Positions 55,822 through 64,000 of a DNA stretch of 64,000 bases are shown one piece after another. How positions within the stretch are numbered: position 1 is the first letter of the stretch; each line of letters opens with the position of its first letter. Origin of the DNA: Piscinibacter sp. (lineage in GTDB: Bacteria; Pseudomonadota; Gammaproteobacteria; Burkholderiales; Burkholderiaceae_C); assembly GCF_036507085.1 (NCBI RefSeq), contig NZ_DASXQQ010000104.1. One strand, 5' to 3'. The position numbers and the translations under genes are program-made. The notes below the pieces were generated by a model. The model was not told the DNA's origin and made no database searches. It saw nothing but the letters and a program-made list of their open reading frames with translations.

Positions 55822-55878
55822 TTTGCCGGACCCAAACGATATTGGACCAAACGACTCATGGCAACCAATATTCAGGCC

Positions 55879-57033
55879 ATGAACTCGAACCCCACTGTCC
55901 ACTCCATCGACGCCGTTCTGGTCGACCTGCCGACCATCCGCGCCCACAAACTTGCGATGACCACCATGATGCGCCAGACGCTGGTGATCGTGCGGCTGAC
56001 CTGCAGCGACGGCATCACCGGCATCGGCGAAGCCACCACCATCGGTGGCCTCGCCTACGGCGATCAAAGCCCCGAGAGCATCAAGAGCGCGATCGATGTC
56101 TACATCGCGCCGCTTCTCGCCGGCCAGGATGCCACCCGGGTCAACGTCGCCATGAAGCGCCTGGCCGCATCGGTGCAAGGCAATTCGTTCGCCAAGTCGG
56201 CGGTCGAAGTGGCATTGCTCGACGCTCAAGGCCAGCGCCTCGGTTTGCCCGTGCACGCGCTGCTCGGAGGCGCGGTGCGCAATGCCCTGCCCGTGCTGTG
56301 GACGCTCGCGAGCGGCGACGCATCGCGCGATGTCGACGAGGCACTCGCGCTGATGGAGGCACGCCGACACAAGGTCTTCAAGCTCAAGATCGGCAGCCAT
56401 CCGCTGGCCGATGACATCGCCCACGTGCAGGCGATTCGTCGCGGCCTCGGCGATGACGTCATGTTGACGGTCGACGTCAACCAGGCTTGGGACGAGCCCA
56501 CCGCGATGCGCGGCATCGCCGCACTCGAAGCGGCCGGCGTCGGACTGATCGAGCAACCGGTGGCGCGCCGCAATCGACGCGCCCTGGCCCGGCTTGCCGC
56601 GCGATTCGACGTCGCCATCATGGCCGACGAAGCGGTGCACGATGCCATCGACGCCGTCGATCTCGCCAAGGACTGCGCTGCCGACGTCTATGCGTTGAAG
56701 ATCTCTCAGGCCGGTGGCCTGTGGCCGACGCTGCGAGCCGCCGCGGTGGCAGACGCCGCCGGCGTGGGCATCTACGGCGGCACGCTCCTCGAGGGCAGCG
56801 TGGGCAGCATCGCCGCAGCCCACGTGTTCGCCGCCTGCCCGACGCTCGCCTGGGGCACCGAATTGTTCGGCCCGCTGCTGCTCGAGGACGACGTCGTCGT
56901 CCAGCGGCCCGAGTACCGCGACTTCGAGCTGCAAGTTCCGCAGACCCCGGGCCTGGGTGTCCAGCTCGACGCCGACAAGCTCGCCTTCTACCGCCGCGAC
57001 CGCGCCTCGCAGTCCGTCGCCGTCACCGCCTGA
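55879..57033 (+). CDS. catB: Muconate cycloisomerase
   Basis: DLPTIRAHKL, GEATTIGG, FKLKIG, VDVNQAW, EQP, MADE, WGTELFGP; alternative start 55858. Confidence 0.93.
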   Translation: MNSNPTVHSIDAVLVDLPTIRAHKLAMTTMMRQTLVIVRLTCSDGITGIGEATTIGGLAYGDQSPESIKSAIDVYIAPLLAGQDATRVNVAMKRLAASVQGNSFAKSAVEVALLDAQGQRLGLPVHALLGGAVRNALPVLWTLASGDASRDVDEALALMEARRHKVFKLKIGSHPLADDIAHVQAIRRGLGDDVMLTVDVNQAWDEPTAMRGIAALEAAGVGLIEQPVARRNRRALARLAARFDVAIMADEAVHDAIDAVDLAKDCAADVYALKISQAGGLWPTLRAAAVADAAGVGIYGGTLLEGSVGSIAAAHVFAACPTLAWGTELFGPLLLEDDVVVQRPEYRDFELQVPQTPGLGVQLDADKLAFYRRDRASQSVAVTA

Positions 57034-57041
57034 GGCCCGCC

Positions 57042-57332
57042 ATGCTCTTCCACGTCCAGATGACCGTTCGCCTGCCCCACACGATGCCGGCGGCCCAGGC
57101 CGACGAACTCAAGGCGCGCGAGAAGGCGATCGCCCAGCAGCTTCAGCGCGATGGCACTTGGCGCCACCTGTGGCGCATCGCCGGTCGCTACGCCAACGTC
57201 AGCGTATTCGACGTGCCCGACAACGCCGCCTTGCACGACACGCTGATGAAACTGCCCCTCTTCCCGTACATGGACATCGAGGTGCAGCCGCTATGCCGCC
57301 ATGCCTCGTCGGTCCACGACGACGACCGCTGA
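57042..57332 (+). CDS. catC: Muconolactone delta-isomerase
   Basis: MLFHVQMTV, WRHLWRIAG.YANVSVFD, LPLFPYM. Confidence 0.95.
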   Translation: MLFHVQMTVRLPHTMPAAQADELKAREKAIAQQLQRDGTWRHLWRIAGRYANVSVFDVPDNAALHDTLMKLPLFPYMDIEVQPLCRHASSVHDDDR

Positions 57333-57396
57333 GCCAACCCTTTCACCACCCGCAGCCCGAAGCCGCGACCCAAGCCCCTCTGAAGGAGACATTGAC

Positions 57397-58314
57397 ATGA
57401 ACGAACTCACCCAGGCCCAACTGCTCGAACGCGTGACCGAATCGAACCGGCCGAACGGCAATCCGCGTGTCCAGAAGATCGTCGCGCGAATCACCGGCGA
57501 CCTCTTTCGCGCCATCGACGATCTCGACATCAGCCCCGACGAATTCTGGGCCGGTGTCGACTGGCTCACGCGGCTCGGCCAGACCGGGCAGTACGGGCTC
57601 ATCACTGCCGGCCTCGGCTTCGACCGCCTGCTCGACATCCGCGGCGACGAGGCGGATCGCCGCGCCGGCCGCACTGCCGGCACGCCGCGCGCCATCGAAG
57701 GGCCGCTCTACATTCCCGGTGCGCCTCTCTCCAAATTCGAAGTGCGGCTCGACGAGGGCGACACGCAGCGCGGCGAACTGATGGTGATGGAAGGCCGCGT
57801 GGTCAGCATCGACGGCAAGCCGGTCGCCGGTGCCATCGTCGATGTCTGGCACGCCAACGAAATCGGCCGCTACTCTCACTTCGATCCGGACCAGCCCGAG
57901 TACGCGCTGCGCCGCCGGATCGAGACGGACGCGCAGGGCCGCTACCGCTTCCGCAGCTTCCTGCCGCCGGGCTACGCGATTCCTCCGAACAGCCCGACCT
58001 CGGAGCTGTTCGCCGCGATCGGCCGCCACGGCAATCGCCCGGCGCACATCCACTTCCTGGTGACCGCCCCCGGCCTGCGCACGCTGACGACGCAGGTCAA
58101 CGTTCCCGGCGACACCTTCATCGACGACGACTTCGCCTTCGCCACCCGCGACGGGCTGATCCTCGAGCTGGAGAAGAACACACCGCCCGCGGGATACGCG
58201 TCGCTCGGCGTGACCAGCGCCTTCACCCGCGTGCCCTTCGACTTCGTCATGCAGCCGGCGGTGGACGAGGACGAGTCCGCGCCGCAGGCGCGGCTGGCGC
58301 GCGCGGTGGGCTGA
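57397..58314 (+). CDS. catA: Catechol 1,2-dioxygenase
   Basis: [36 protein letters not shown]. Confidence 0.93.
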   Translation: MNELTQAQLLERVTESNRPNGNPRVQKIVARITGDLFRAIDDLDISPDEFWAGVDWLTRLGQTGQYGLITAGLGFDRLLDIRGDEADRRAGRTAGTPRAIEGPLYIPGAPLSKFEVRLDEGDTQRGELMVMEGRVVSIDGKPVAGAIVDVWHANEIGRYSHFDPDQPEYALRRRIETDAQGRYRFRSFLPPGYAIPPNSPTSELFAAIGRHGNRPAHIHFLVTAPGLRTLTTQVNVPGDTFIDDDFAFATRDGLILELEKNTPPAGYASLGVTSAFTRVPFDFVMQPAVDEDESAPQARLARAVG

Positions 58315-58429
58315 GCCCGCCTTCCGCCTCTCGCTCGTTCGGGCCCAACGGTCACTGCGACGCTCTGCGCGTTGCGGTGCCGGGGACAAGCTCGGCCCTG
58401 TCGAATCAATCGGTCATCAGGAGACACAC

Positions 58430-59821
58430 GTGATTCCCATCTACCCCGTCCAGTCGACGAACCTCGCCAAGCTCGATGCGCTGCTCGAGGACGATCCGGT
58501 CAAGCACTTGTATCGGCTGGACCGATCGGTCTTCACCGACGAGCAGCTGTTCGATCTGGAGATGAAATACATCTTCGAAGGCAATTGGGTCTACCTCGCC
58601 CACGAGAGCCAGATCGCTAACGTCAACGACTACCTGACCGTCTACATCGGCCGCCAGCCGGTCGTCATCACGCGCAGCAAGGACGGCAAGCTGAATGCGC
58701 TGGCCAACACCTGCACGCATCGCGGCGCCATCTTGTGCCGGCACAAGAAGGGCAACAAGTCCAGCTTCACCTGCCCCTTCCACGGCTGGACGTTCAACAA
58801 CAGCGGCAAGCTGCTCAAGGTCAAGGACAACAGCCCCGAGGCGGGCTATCCGCCGAGCTTCAACTGCGAGGGCAGCCACGACATGAAGAAGCTCGGCGCC
58901 TTCGAGAGCTATCGCGGCTTCCTGTTCGGCAGCGTGGACCCGGACGTGGCGCCGCTGAAGGAACACTTGGGCGAGGCGGCCAAGATCATCGACATGATCG
59001 TCGACCAGTCGCCCGACGGCATCGAGGTGCTGCGCGGCAGCTCGACCTACACCTTCGACGGCAATTGGAAGCTCGGTGCCGAGAACGGCGCCGACGGCTA
59101 CCACGTGTCCTCCGTGCACTGGAACTATGCCGCCACGACCAGCCGCCGCAGTGCCGAGGGCAAGGTCGACACCGTCAAGGCGATGAACGCCGGCAAATGG
59201 GCCCAGCTTGGCGGTGGCTCCTACACCTTCAAGCATGGCCACCTCTTGCTTTGGACGAACTGGTCCAACCCCGAGGACCGGCCCCTGTACGCCAAGCGCG
59301 ACGAATGGGTCGACAAGTTCGGCGAAGCGCGGGCGGACTGGATGCTCGGCAAATCGCGCAACCTGTGCCTGTACCCCAACGTGTACCTGATGGACCAGTT
59401 CAGCTCGCAGATCCGCATCGTCCGGCCGATCGCCGTCGACAAGACGGAGGTGACGATCTACTGCATAGCGCCCAAGGGCGAGGCGCCCGAATCGCGCACG
59501 CGGCGCCTGCGGCAATACGAAGACTTCTTCAACGCCACCGGCATGGCCACGCCCGATGACCTGGAGGAGTTCCGCTCCTGCCAGCACGGCTACGGGGCGC
59601 GGGCCGTGAAGTGGAACGACATGAGCCGCGGCGCCACGCACTGGATCAAGGGCCCCGATGCCACGGCCGACCTGATCGACCTGAAGCCGGAGCTGAGCTG
59701 TGTGAAGACCGAGGACGAGGGCCTGTACATCGGCCAGCACGAGTACTGGCTCGAAACCATGAAGAAGGCCTATGTCGCGGAGCAAAACGGTCAGGCCGAA
59801 CTGCCGGAAGGAGCCCGATGA
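58430..59821 (+). CDS. benA: Benzoate 1,2-dioxygenase alpha subunit
   Basis: Rieske CTHRG...[14 protein letters not shown]...[15 protein letters not shown]. Confidence 0.92.
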   Translation: MIPIYPVQSTNLAKLDALLEDDPVKHLYRLDRSVFTDEQLFDLEMKYIFEGNWVYLAHESQIANVNDYLTVYIGRQPVVITRSKDGKLNALANTCTHRGAILCRHKKGNKSSFTCPFHGWTFNNSGKLLKVKDNSPEAGYPPSFNCEGSHDMKKLGAFESYRGFLFGSVDPDVAPLKEHLGEAAKIIDMIVDQSPDGIEVLRGSSTYTFDGNWKLGAENGADGYHVSSVHWNYAATTSRRSAEGKVDTVKAMNAGKWAQLGGGSYTFKHGHLLLWTNWSNPEDRPLYAKRDEWVDKFGEARADWMLGKSRNLCLYPNVYLMDQFSSQIRIVRPIAVDKTEVTIYCIAPKGEAPESRTRRLRQYEDFFNATGMATPDDLEEFRSCQHGYGARAVKWNDMSRGATHWIKGPDATADLIDLKPELSCVKTEDEGLYIGQHEYWLETMKKAYVAEQNGQAELPEGAR

Positions 59822-60306
59822 TGCTGTCCTACCACGCTCTCCAGGCCTTCGTCTACGCAGAGGCCCGTGCTCTGGACGAAAACCGCTGGGCCGACTGGCT
59901 CGCGTGCTACGCCGATGACGCGGAGTTCTTCATGCCATCGTGGGACGACGACGACAAGCTCACGACGGACCCGAACAACGAAGTCTCGTTGATCTACTAC
60001 CCGAGCAAGCAGGGTCTGGAGGACCGCGTCTTCCGCATCCAGACCGATCGCTCCAGCGCAACGATGCCCGACACGCGAACGGGCCACGCGATCAACAACC
60101 TCGAGGTGCTCTCGCAGGACGAGGGTCGGTGCGTGCTGACCTTCAACTGGACGACACACAGCTTCCGCTACGACATCGTGGACGTGTATTTCGGCAGCTC
60201 GCAGTACACGCTGGACACGACCGGCGACAAGCCGCTCATCAAGCGCAAGTACGTGGTGTTGAAGAACGACTACATCCACCACCTGCTCGACATCTATCAC
60301 ATCTAG
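59818..60306 (+). CDS. benB: Benzoate 1,2-dioxygenase beta subunit
   Basis: [27 protein letters not shown]...DIYHI. Confidence 0.92.
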   Translation: MMLSYHALQAFVYAEARALDENRWADWLACYADDAEFFMPSWDDDDKLTTDPNNEVSLIYYPSKQGLEDRVFRIQTDRSSATMPDTRTGHAINNLEVLSQDEGRCVLTFNWTTHSFRYDIVDVYFGSSQYTLDTTGDKPLIKRKYVVLKNDYIHHLLDIYHI

Positions 60307-60326
60307 AGCGAGGCACGGAGACAACC

Positions 60327-61346
60327 ATGACCTTCAACATCGCATTGCAATTCGAGGATGGCGTCTCGCGCATCATCCCGTGCGAGCCGAGCGAACTGGT
60401 GGCCGACGCTGCCTATCGCGCCAAGATCAACATCCCCCTCGACTGCCGCGACGGCGCTTGCGGCACTTGCAAGTGCCATTGCGAAAGCGGCACGTACACG
60501 ATGGGCGACTACATCGACGATGCCCTGGCGGACGACGAAGCCGCCAGCGGTTTCGTGCTGACCTGCCAGATGAAGCCCACGTCGGATTGCGTCGTGCGCG
60601 TGCCGGCCTCGTCGGCGGCGTGCAAGACCGAGGTCGGCGCGCACGGCGGCAAGCTGACGAAAGTCGAGCGGGACTCGGCGACGACCGTCTCGTTCTCGCT
60701 GCAGGCCGAGAGGCCGCTCGCGTTTCTGCCGGGGCAGTACGTGAACCTGATGGTGCCGGGCAGCAAGCAGACCCGTTCGTACTCGTTCAGCTCCGCGCCG
60801 AACCGCACCGAGTTGGCCTTCCTGATTCGCGACGTGCCGGACGGGCTGATGAGCACCTACATGCGCCAGAAGGCGCAGCCCGACGACTTCATGATGTTCA
60901 CGGGACCGTACGGCAGCTTCTACCTGCGGCCCACCGTGCGTCCGATCCTGATGCTTGCCGGCGGCACGGGCCTGGCGCCGTTCCTGTCGATGCTGCTGTG
61001 GCTGAAGGACCACCCCGCTGATCAGCCGATCCGTCTGGCCTACGGCGTGAACACGAACGACGATCTCGTCGAGGTCGACACGCTGAATGAGCTGAAGGCG
61101 GCATTGCCGGACTTCGACTTCTTCACGTGCGTGGTGGATCGCGACAGCGGGCATCCGAAGCTCGGCTACGTGACCAACCACCTGTCGGGCGATGACCTGC
61201 ACGACGGCAACGTCGACGTGTACGTCTGCGGCCCGCCGCCGATGGTCGAGGGCGTGCGCAAGTGGATGGCCGGCATGGGCATCACGCCGAAGAACTTCCA
61301 CTTCGAGAAGTTCTCTTCGGCCAACGAAACCGCGGAGGCAGCATGA
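60327..61346 (+). CDS. benC: Benzoate 1,2-dioxygenase reductase
   Basis: CRDGACGTC 2Fe-2S, RSYSFSS, AGGTGLAPF, CGPPPM, FEKF. Confidence 0.92.
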   Translation: MTFNIALQFEDGVSRIIPCEPSELVADAAYRAKINIPLDCRDGACGTCKCHCESGTYTMGDYIDDALADDEAASGFVLTCQMKPTSDCVVRVPASSAACKTEVGAHGGKLTKVERDSATTVSFSLQAERPLAFLPGQYVNLMVPGSKQTRSYSFSSAPNRTELAFLIRDVPDGLMSTYMRQKAQPDDFMMFTGPYGSFYLRPTVRPILMLAGGTGLAPFLSMLLWLKDHPADQPIRLAYGVNTNDDLVEVDTLNELKAALPDFDFFTCVVDRDSGHPKLGYVTNHLSGDDLHDGNVDVYVCGPPPMVEGVRKWMAGMGITPKNFHFEKFSSANETAEAA

Positions 61347-61406
61347 GCCGCCGGGCCGCTCCCAAGGCGAATACCGGAGCGCGCAGCGCGGAGGTTACCC
61401 AATGAG
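61343..61406 (+). mobile_element. 59-bp miniature element, copy 2; mini-ORF MSRRAAPKANTGARSAEVTQ*
   Basis: ATGAG repeats at 61343 and 61402; first ATGA contains the benC stop, second contains the benD start. Confidence 0.7.
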
Positions 61407-62193
61407 CGGCGACCATCGTTTCCAGGACAAGGTGGTCATCGTGACCGGCGCGGCACAAGGCATCGGCCGTGGTGTTGCGTTGCGCGTCGCGAGTGAAGGC
61501 GGTGCCGTGCTGGCGGTCGACCGTGCCGACATCGTCAACGAAGTCGTCGCGGAGATCGGGAGTCACGGCGGAACGGCATCGGCGTTCCAGGCCGACCTCG
61601 AGACCTTTGCAGGTGCGCAGGCCGTGGTCGAGCATTGCCTGGCCACGTTCAAGCGGGTCGATGTGCTGATCAACAACGTCGGCGGCACGATCTGGGCCAA
61701 GCCCTACGAGCACTACGAAGAAGCGCAGATCGAAGCAGAAATCCGCCGCTCGCTGTTCCCGACGCTGTGGTGCTGCCGGGCGGTGCTGCCCTTCATGGTC
61801 GAGGCGAAGCGCGGCGTGATCGTCAATGTGTCGTCGATCGCCACCCGCGGCGTGCACAGGGTGCCGTACTCCGCGGCAAAGGGTGGGGTCAATGCCCTGA
61901 CCGCATCACTGGCGATGGAGCACACGCGCAATGGCATTCGGATCAATGCCACCGCGCCCGGCGGCACCGATGCCCCGCCGCGACGCGTTCCGCGCAACCG
62001 GTCCTTCGCCAAGCCCAGTCGCGAGGAGGCCACCTGGTACCAGGGCGTGGTCGACCAGACCATCGCCTCCAGCCTGATGCACCGCTACGCAACGATAGCC
62101 GAGCAAGTGGCGCCGATCCTGTTTCTCGCATCCGACGAATCGTCCTACATCACCGGAACCGTGCTGCCCGTCGGCGGTGGCGACCTCGGCTGA
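61402..62193 (+). CDS. benD: cis-diol (DHB) dehydrogenase
   Basis: TGAAQGIG, NNVGGTIWAKP, RRSLFPTLW, YSAAK, PVGGGDLG. Confidence 0.92.
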   Translation: MSGDHRFQDKVVIVTGAAQGIGRGVALRVASEGGAVLAVDRADIVNEVVAEIGSHGGTASAFQADLETFAGAQAVVEHCLATFKRVDVLINNVGGTIWAKPYEHYEEAQIEAEIRRSLFPTLWCCRAVLPFMVEAKRGVIVNVSSIATRGVHRVPYSAAKGGVNALTASLAMEHTRNGIRINATAPGGTDAPPRRVPRNRSFAKPSREEATWYQGVVDQTIASSLMHRYATIAEQVAPILFLASDESSYITGTVLPVGGGDLG

Positions 62194-62242
62194 GGACGAG
62201 ACGACTTCCGTCCACCATCCACCTGCACATCGAGACAACACC

Positions 62243-63646
62243 ATGCGCGACATCGATCTTCACAAGCTGGCCGACGATGCCCGCTTCAACGGCTTCCACC
62301 GACTGGTGCTCTTCTGGTGCGCCCTGATCATCATCTTCGACGGCTACGACCTTGCGGTCGCCGGCATCGCACTGCCGTCGATCATGAAGGAGATGGGCGT
62401 CAGCCCGACGAACGCCGGCTTCATGGTCAGCTCGGCGCTGTTCGGCATGATGTTCGGCGCCATCTTTCTGGGCACCATCGCCGACAAGATCGGCCGGCGC
62501 CGGGCGATCGTGGCCTGCGTCGGCCTGTTCAGTGTCTTCACCGCAGCCGCGGGCCTGACCCACGACCCCGTGACGTTCAGCGCCATGCGGTTCCTCGCCG
62601 GCCTCGGAATCGGTGGCGTCATGCCCAACGTGGTCGCGCAGATGACCGAGTACTCCCCGCGCAAGATCCGCAGCACGCTGGTCACATTGATGTTCAGTGG
62701 CTACGCCGTCGGTGGGATGCTGGCCGCGTTGCTCGGCAAGGGCCTGATGGAAGCCTATGGCTGGTCGTCCGTCTTTCTGGCGGCCGGCCTGCCGGTGTTG
62801 CTGATCCCCTTCATCCTCAAGTCGATGCCGGAGTCGATGCCCTTCCTCATCAAGTCGAACCGGCTGGAGGAATTGAAGCAGCTCGCGTCGCGTCTGGATC
62901 CGCACTACCGGCCGCGCGATGGCGACCGGTTCGCGCTGCCGCGCGAGGACAAGGCGGTCAGCGCACCGATCGGCCGCCTGTTCCAGGAGGGCCGTGGCTT
63001 CAGCACCGTGATGTTCTGGATCGGCTTCTTCATGTGCCTGTTCATGGTGTACGCCCTCAGTTCGTGGCTGACCAAGCTGATGGCCGGCGCGGGCTACAGC
63101 CTCGGGTCGGCACTCACCTTCGTTTTGGTACTCAACTTCGGCGCCATGATCGGAGCCGTTGGCGGCGGTTGGCTCGCGGACCGTTTCCACATCAAGTACG
63201 TGCTGGTCGGCATGTATGCGTTGGCGGCAGTCTCGATCACGCTGTTGGGCTACCGCGTCCCGACAGAGGTTTTGTTCCTGCTCGTCGGTCTGGCGGGCGC
63301 ATCGACCATCGGCACGCAGATCGTCACCTACGCCTACGTGGGACAGTTCTATCCGATGGCGGCGCGTGCAACTGGCATCGGCTGGGCATCGGGTGTCGGG
63401 CGAAGCGGCGCCATCCTGGCTCCGATCGTCATCGGAACGCTGGTGGGCTTGGCGCTGCCTCTCCAACAAAACTTCATGGCCATCGCGATCCCCGCGGTCA
63501 TCGCGGCCATCGCTGTGGCGCTGATCAACCACGATCGGTCCACCGGTGCGCACAGTAAGGACTCGCATGCCGGGCTCGGCGAACCTTCGCCTCTTGGTGC
63601 GAAGTCTGCGCTCAGCGGAGCAGCACGATTCGACGCAACCGCCTGA
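62243..63646 (+). CDS. benK: Aromatic acid:H+ symporter (BenK-like MFS)
   Basis: IIFDGYDL, ADKIGRR, GLGIGGVMPN, EYSP, PES. Confidence 0.87.
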   Translation: MRDIDLHKLADDARFNGFHRLVLFWCALIIIFDGYDLAVAGIALPSIMKEMGVSPTNAGFMVSSALFGMMFGAIFLGTIADKIGRRRAIVACVGLFSVFTAAAGLTHDPVTFSAMRFLAGLGIGGVMPNVVAQMTEYSPRKIRSTLVTLMFSGYAVGGMLAALLGKGLMEAYGWSSVFLAAGLPVLLIPFILKSMPESMPFLIKSNRLEELKQLASRLDPHYRPRDGDRFALPREDKAVSAPIGRLFQEGRGFSTVMFWIGFFMCLFMVYALSSWLTKLMAGAGYSLGSALTFVLVLNFGAMIGAVGGGWLADRFHIKYVLVGMYALAAVSITLLGYRVPTEVLFLLVGLAGASTIGTQIVTYAYVGQFYPMAARATGIGWASGVGRSGAILAPIVIGTLVGLALPLQQNFMAIAIPAVIAAIAVALINHDRSTGAHSKDSHAGLGEPSPLGAKSALSGAARFDATA

Positions 63647-63669
63647 CCCATGGCACTTGGGGTTTGGAC

Positions 63670-64000
63670 ATGACTACACCTTGCATCATCACCGTGGCAA
63701 TCACCGGATCGCTCCCGCGCAAGAAAGACAACCCGGCAGTTCCCATCACCGTATCGGAACAAGTCGAGTCGACACACGAGGCCTTCGAAAGCGGCGCCAC
63801 TGTGGTGCACCTGCATGTGCGCAACGACGATGAGTCGCCAACGTCGAACACAGATCGCTTCGCGGCCGTTCTCGACGGCATCAAGAAGCACTGTCCGGGC
63901 ATCATCACCCAGGTCTCCACCGGCGGACGCTCCGGCGCGGGACGCGAGCGTGGCGCGATGTTGTCCCTGAAGCCCGACATGGCTTCATTGGCCACCGGTT
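63670..64000 (+). CDS. Beta-keto acid cleavage enzyme (BKACE/Kce, DUF849), 5' part
   Basis: MTTPCIITVAITGS...NPAVP...GATVVHLHVR...QVSTGG...PDMASL; runs off window end. Confidence 0.88.
   Translation, partial: MTTPCIITVAITGSLPRKKDNPAVPITVSEQVESTHEAFESGATVVHLHVRNDDESPTSNTDRFAAVLDGIKKHCPGIITQVSTGGRSGAGRERGAMLSLKPDMASLATG

Noticed and set aside
1-64000. tRNA, rRNA or intact IS/transposase genes
   Set aside because: None recognised by eye; tRNAscan-SE, Infernal and ISEScan would be needed to exclude them formally

Overview
GC-rich bacterial DNA whose gene content, Bug/TctC protein and repeat types suggest a Burkholderiales betaproteobacterium (inference). About 1-30.3 kb is chromosomal catabolic/transport DNA with several REP-like families. 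It holds a DapB paralog and an S9 peptidase, a quinate/shikimate-type operon whose TRAP transporter is broken by a dctM-dctP fusion deletion, a ManD/UxuB/KdgK-type sugar-acid cluster with a polar-amino-acid ABC transporter, rdgC, sorAB, and a Pot-type ABC/OCD/ureohydrolase/RidA operon. About 30.3-49.5 kb is a patchwork of modules separated by gene remnants: GST, TetR plus MexEF-OprN-like RND pump, DedA-rhodanese, an atypical glnA, an orphan ugpB overlapping a CHASE-PAS-GAF-GGDEF cyclase, a nitronate monooxygenase, and a catalytically degenerate HtrA-like protein with a LuxR. About 49.5-64 kb is a benzoate/catechol region (catR-catBCA-benABCD-benK-BKACE). Top observations: (1) a 59-bp element in two copies, each at an ATGA(G) start site, encoding a 20-codon mini-ORF that ends on the host start codon, with its own SD and a covarying GCA-triloop hairpin; (2) a deletion-condensed duplicate of catR/PcatB/catB/catC that keeps the CatR box in front of a Bug transporter gene; (3) the UgpB-diguanylate cyclase pair. 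No rRNA, tRNA, CRISPR array or intact transposase/integrase was seen. All family calls come from motif recognition by eye, not database searches.
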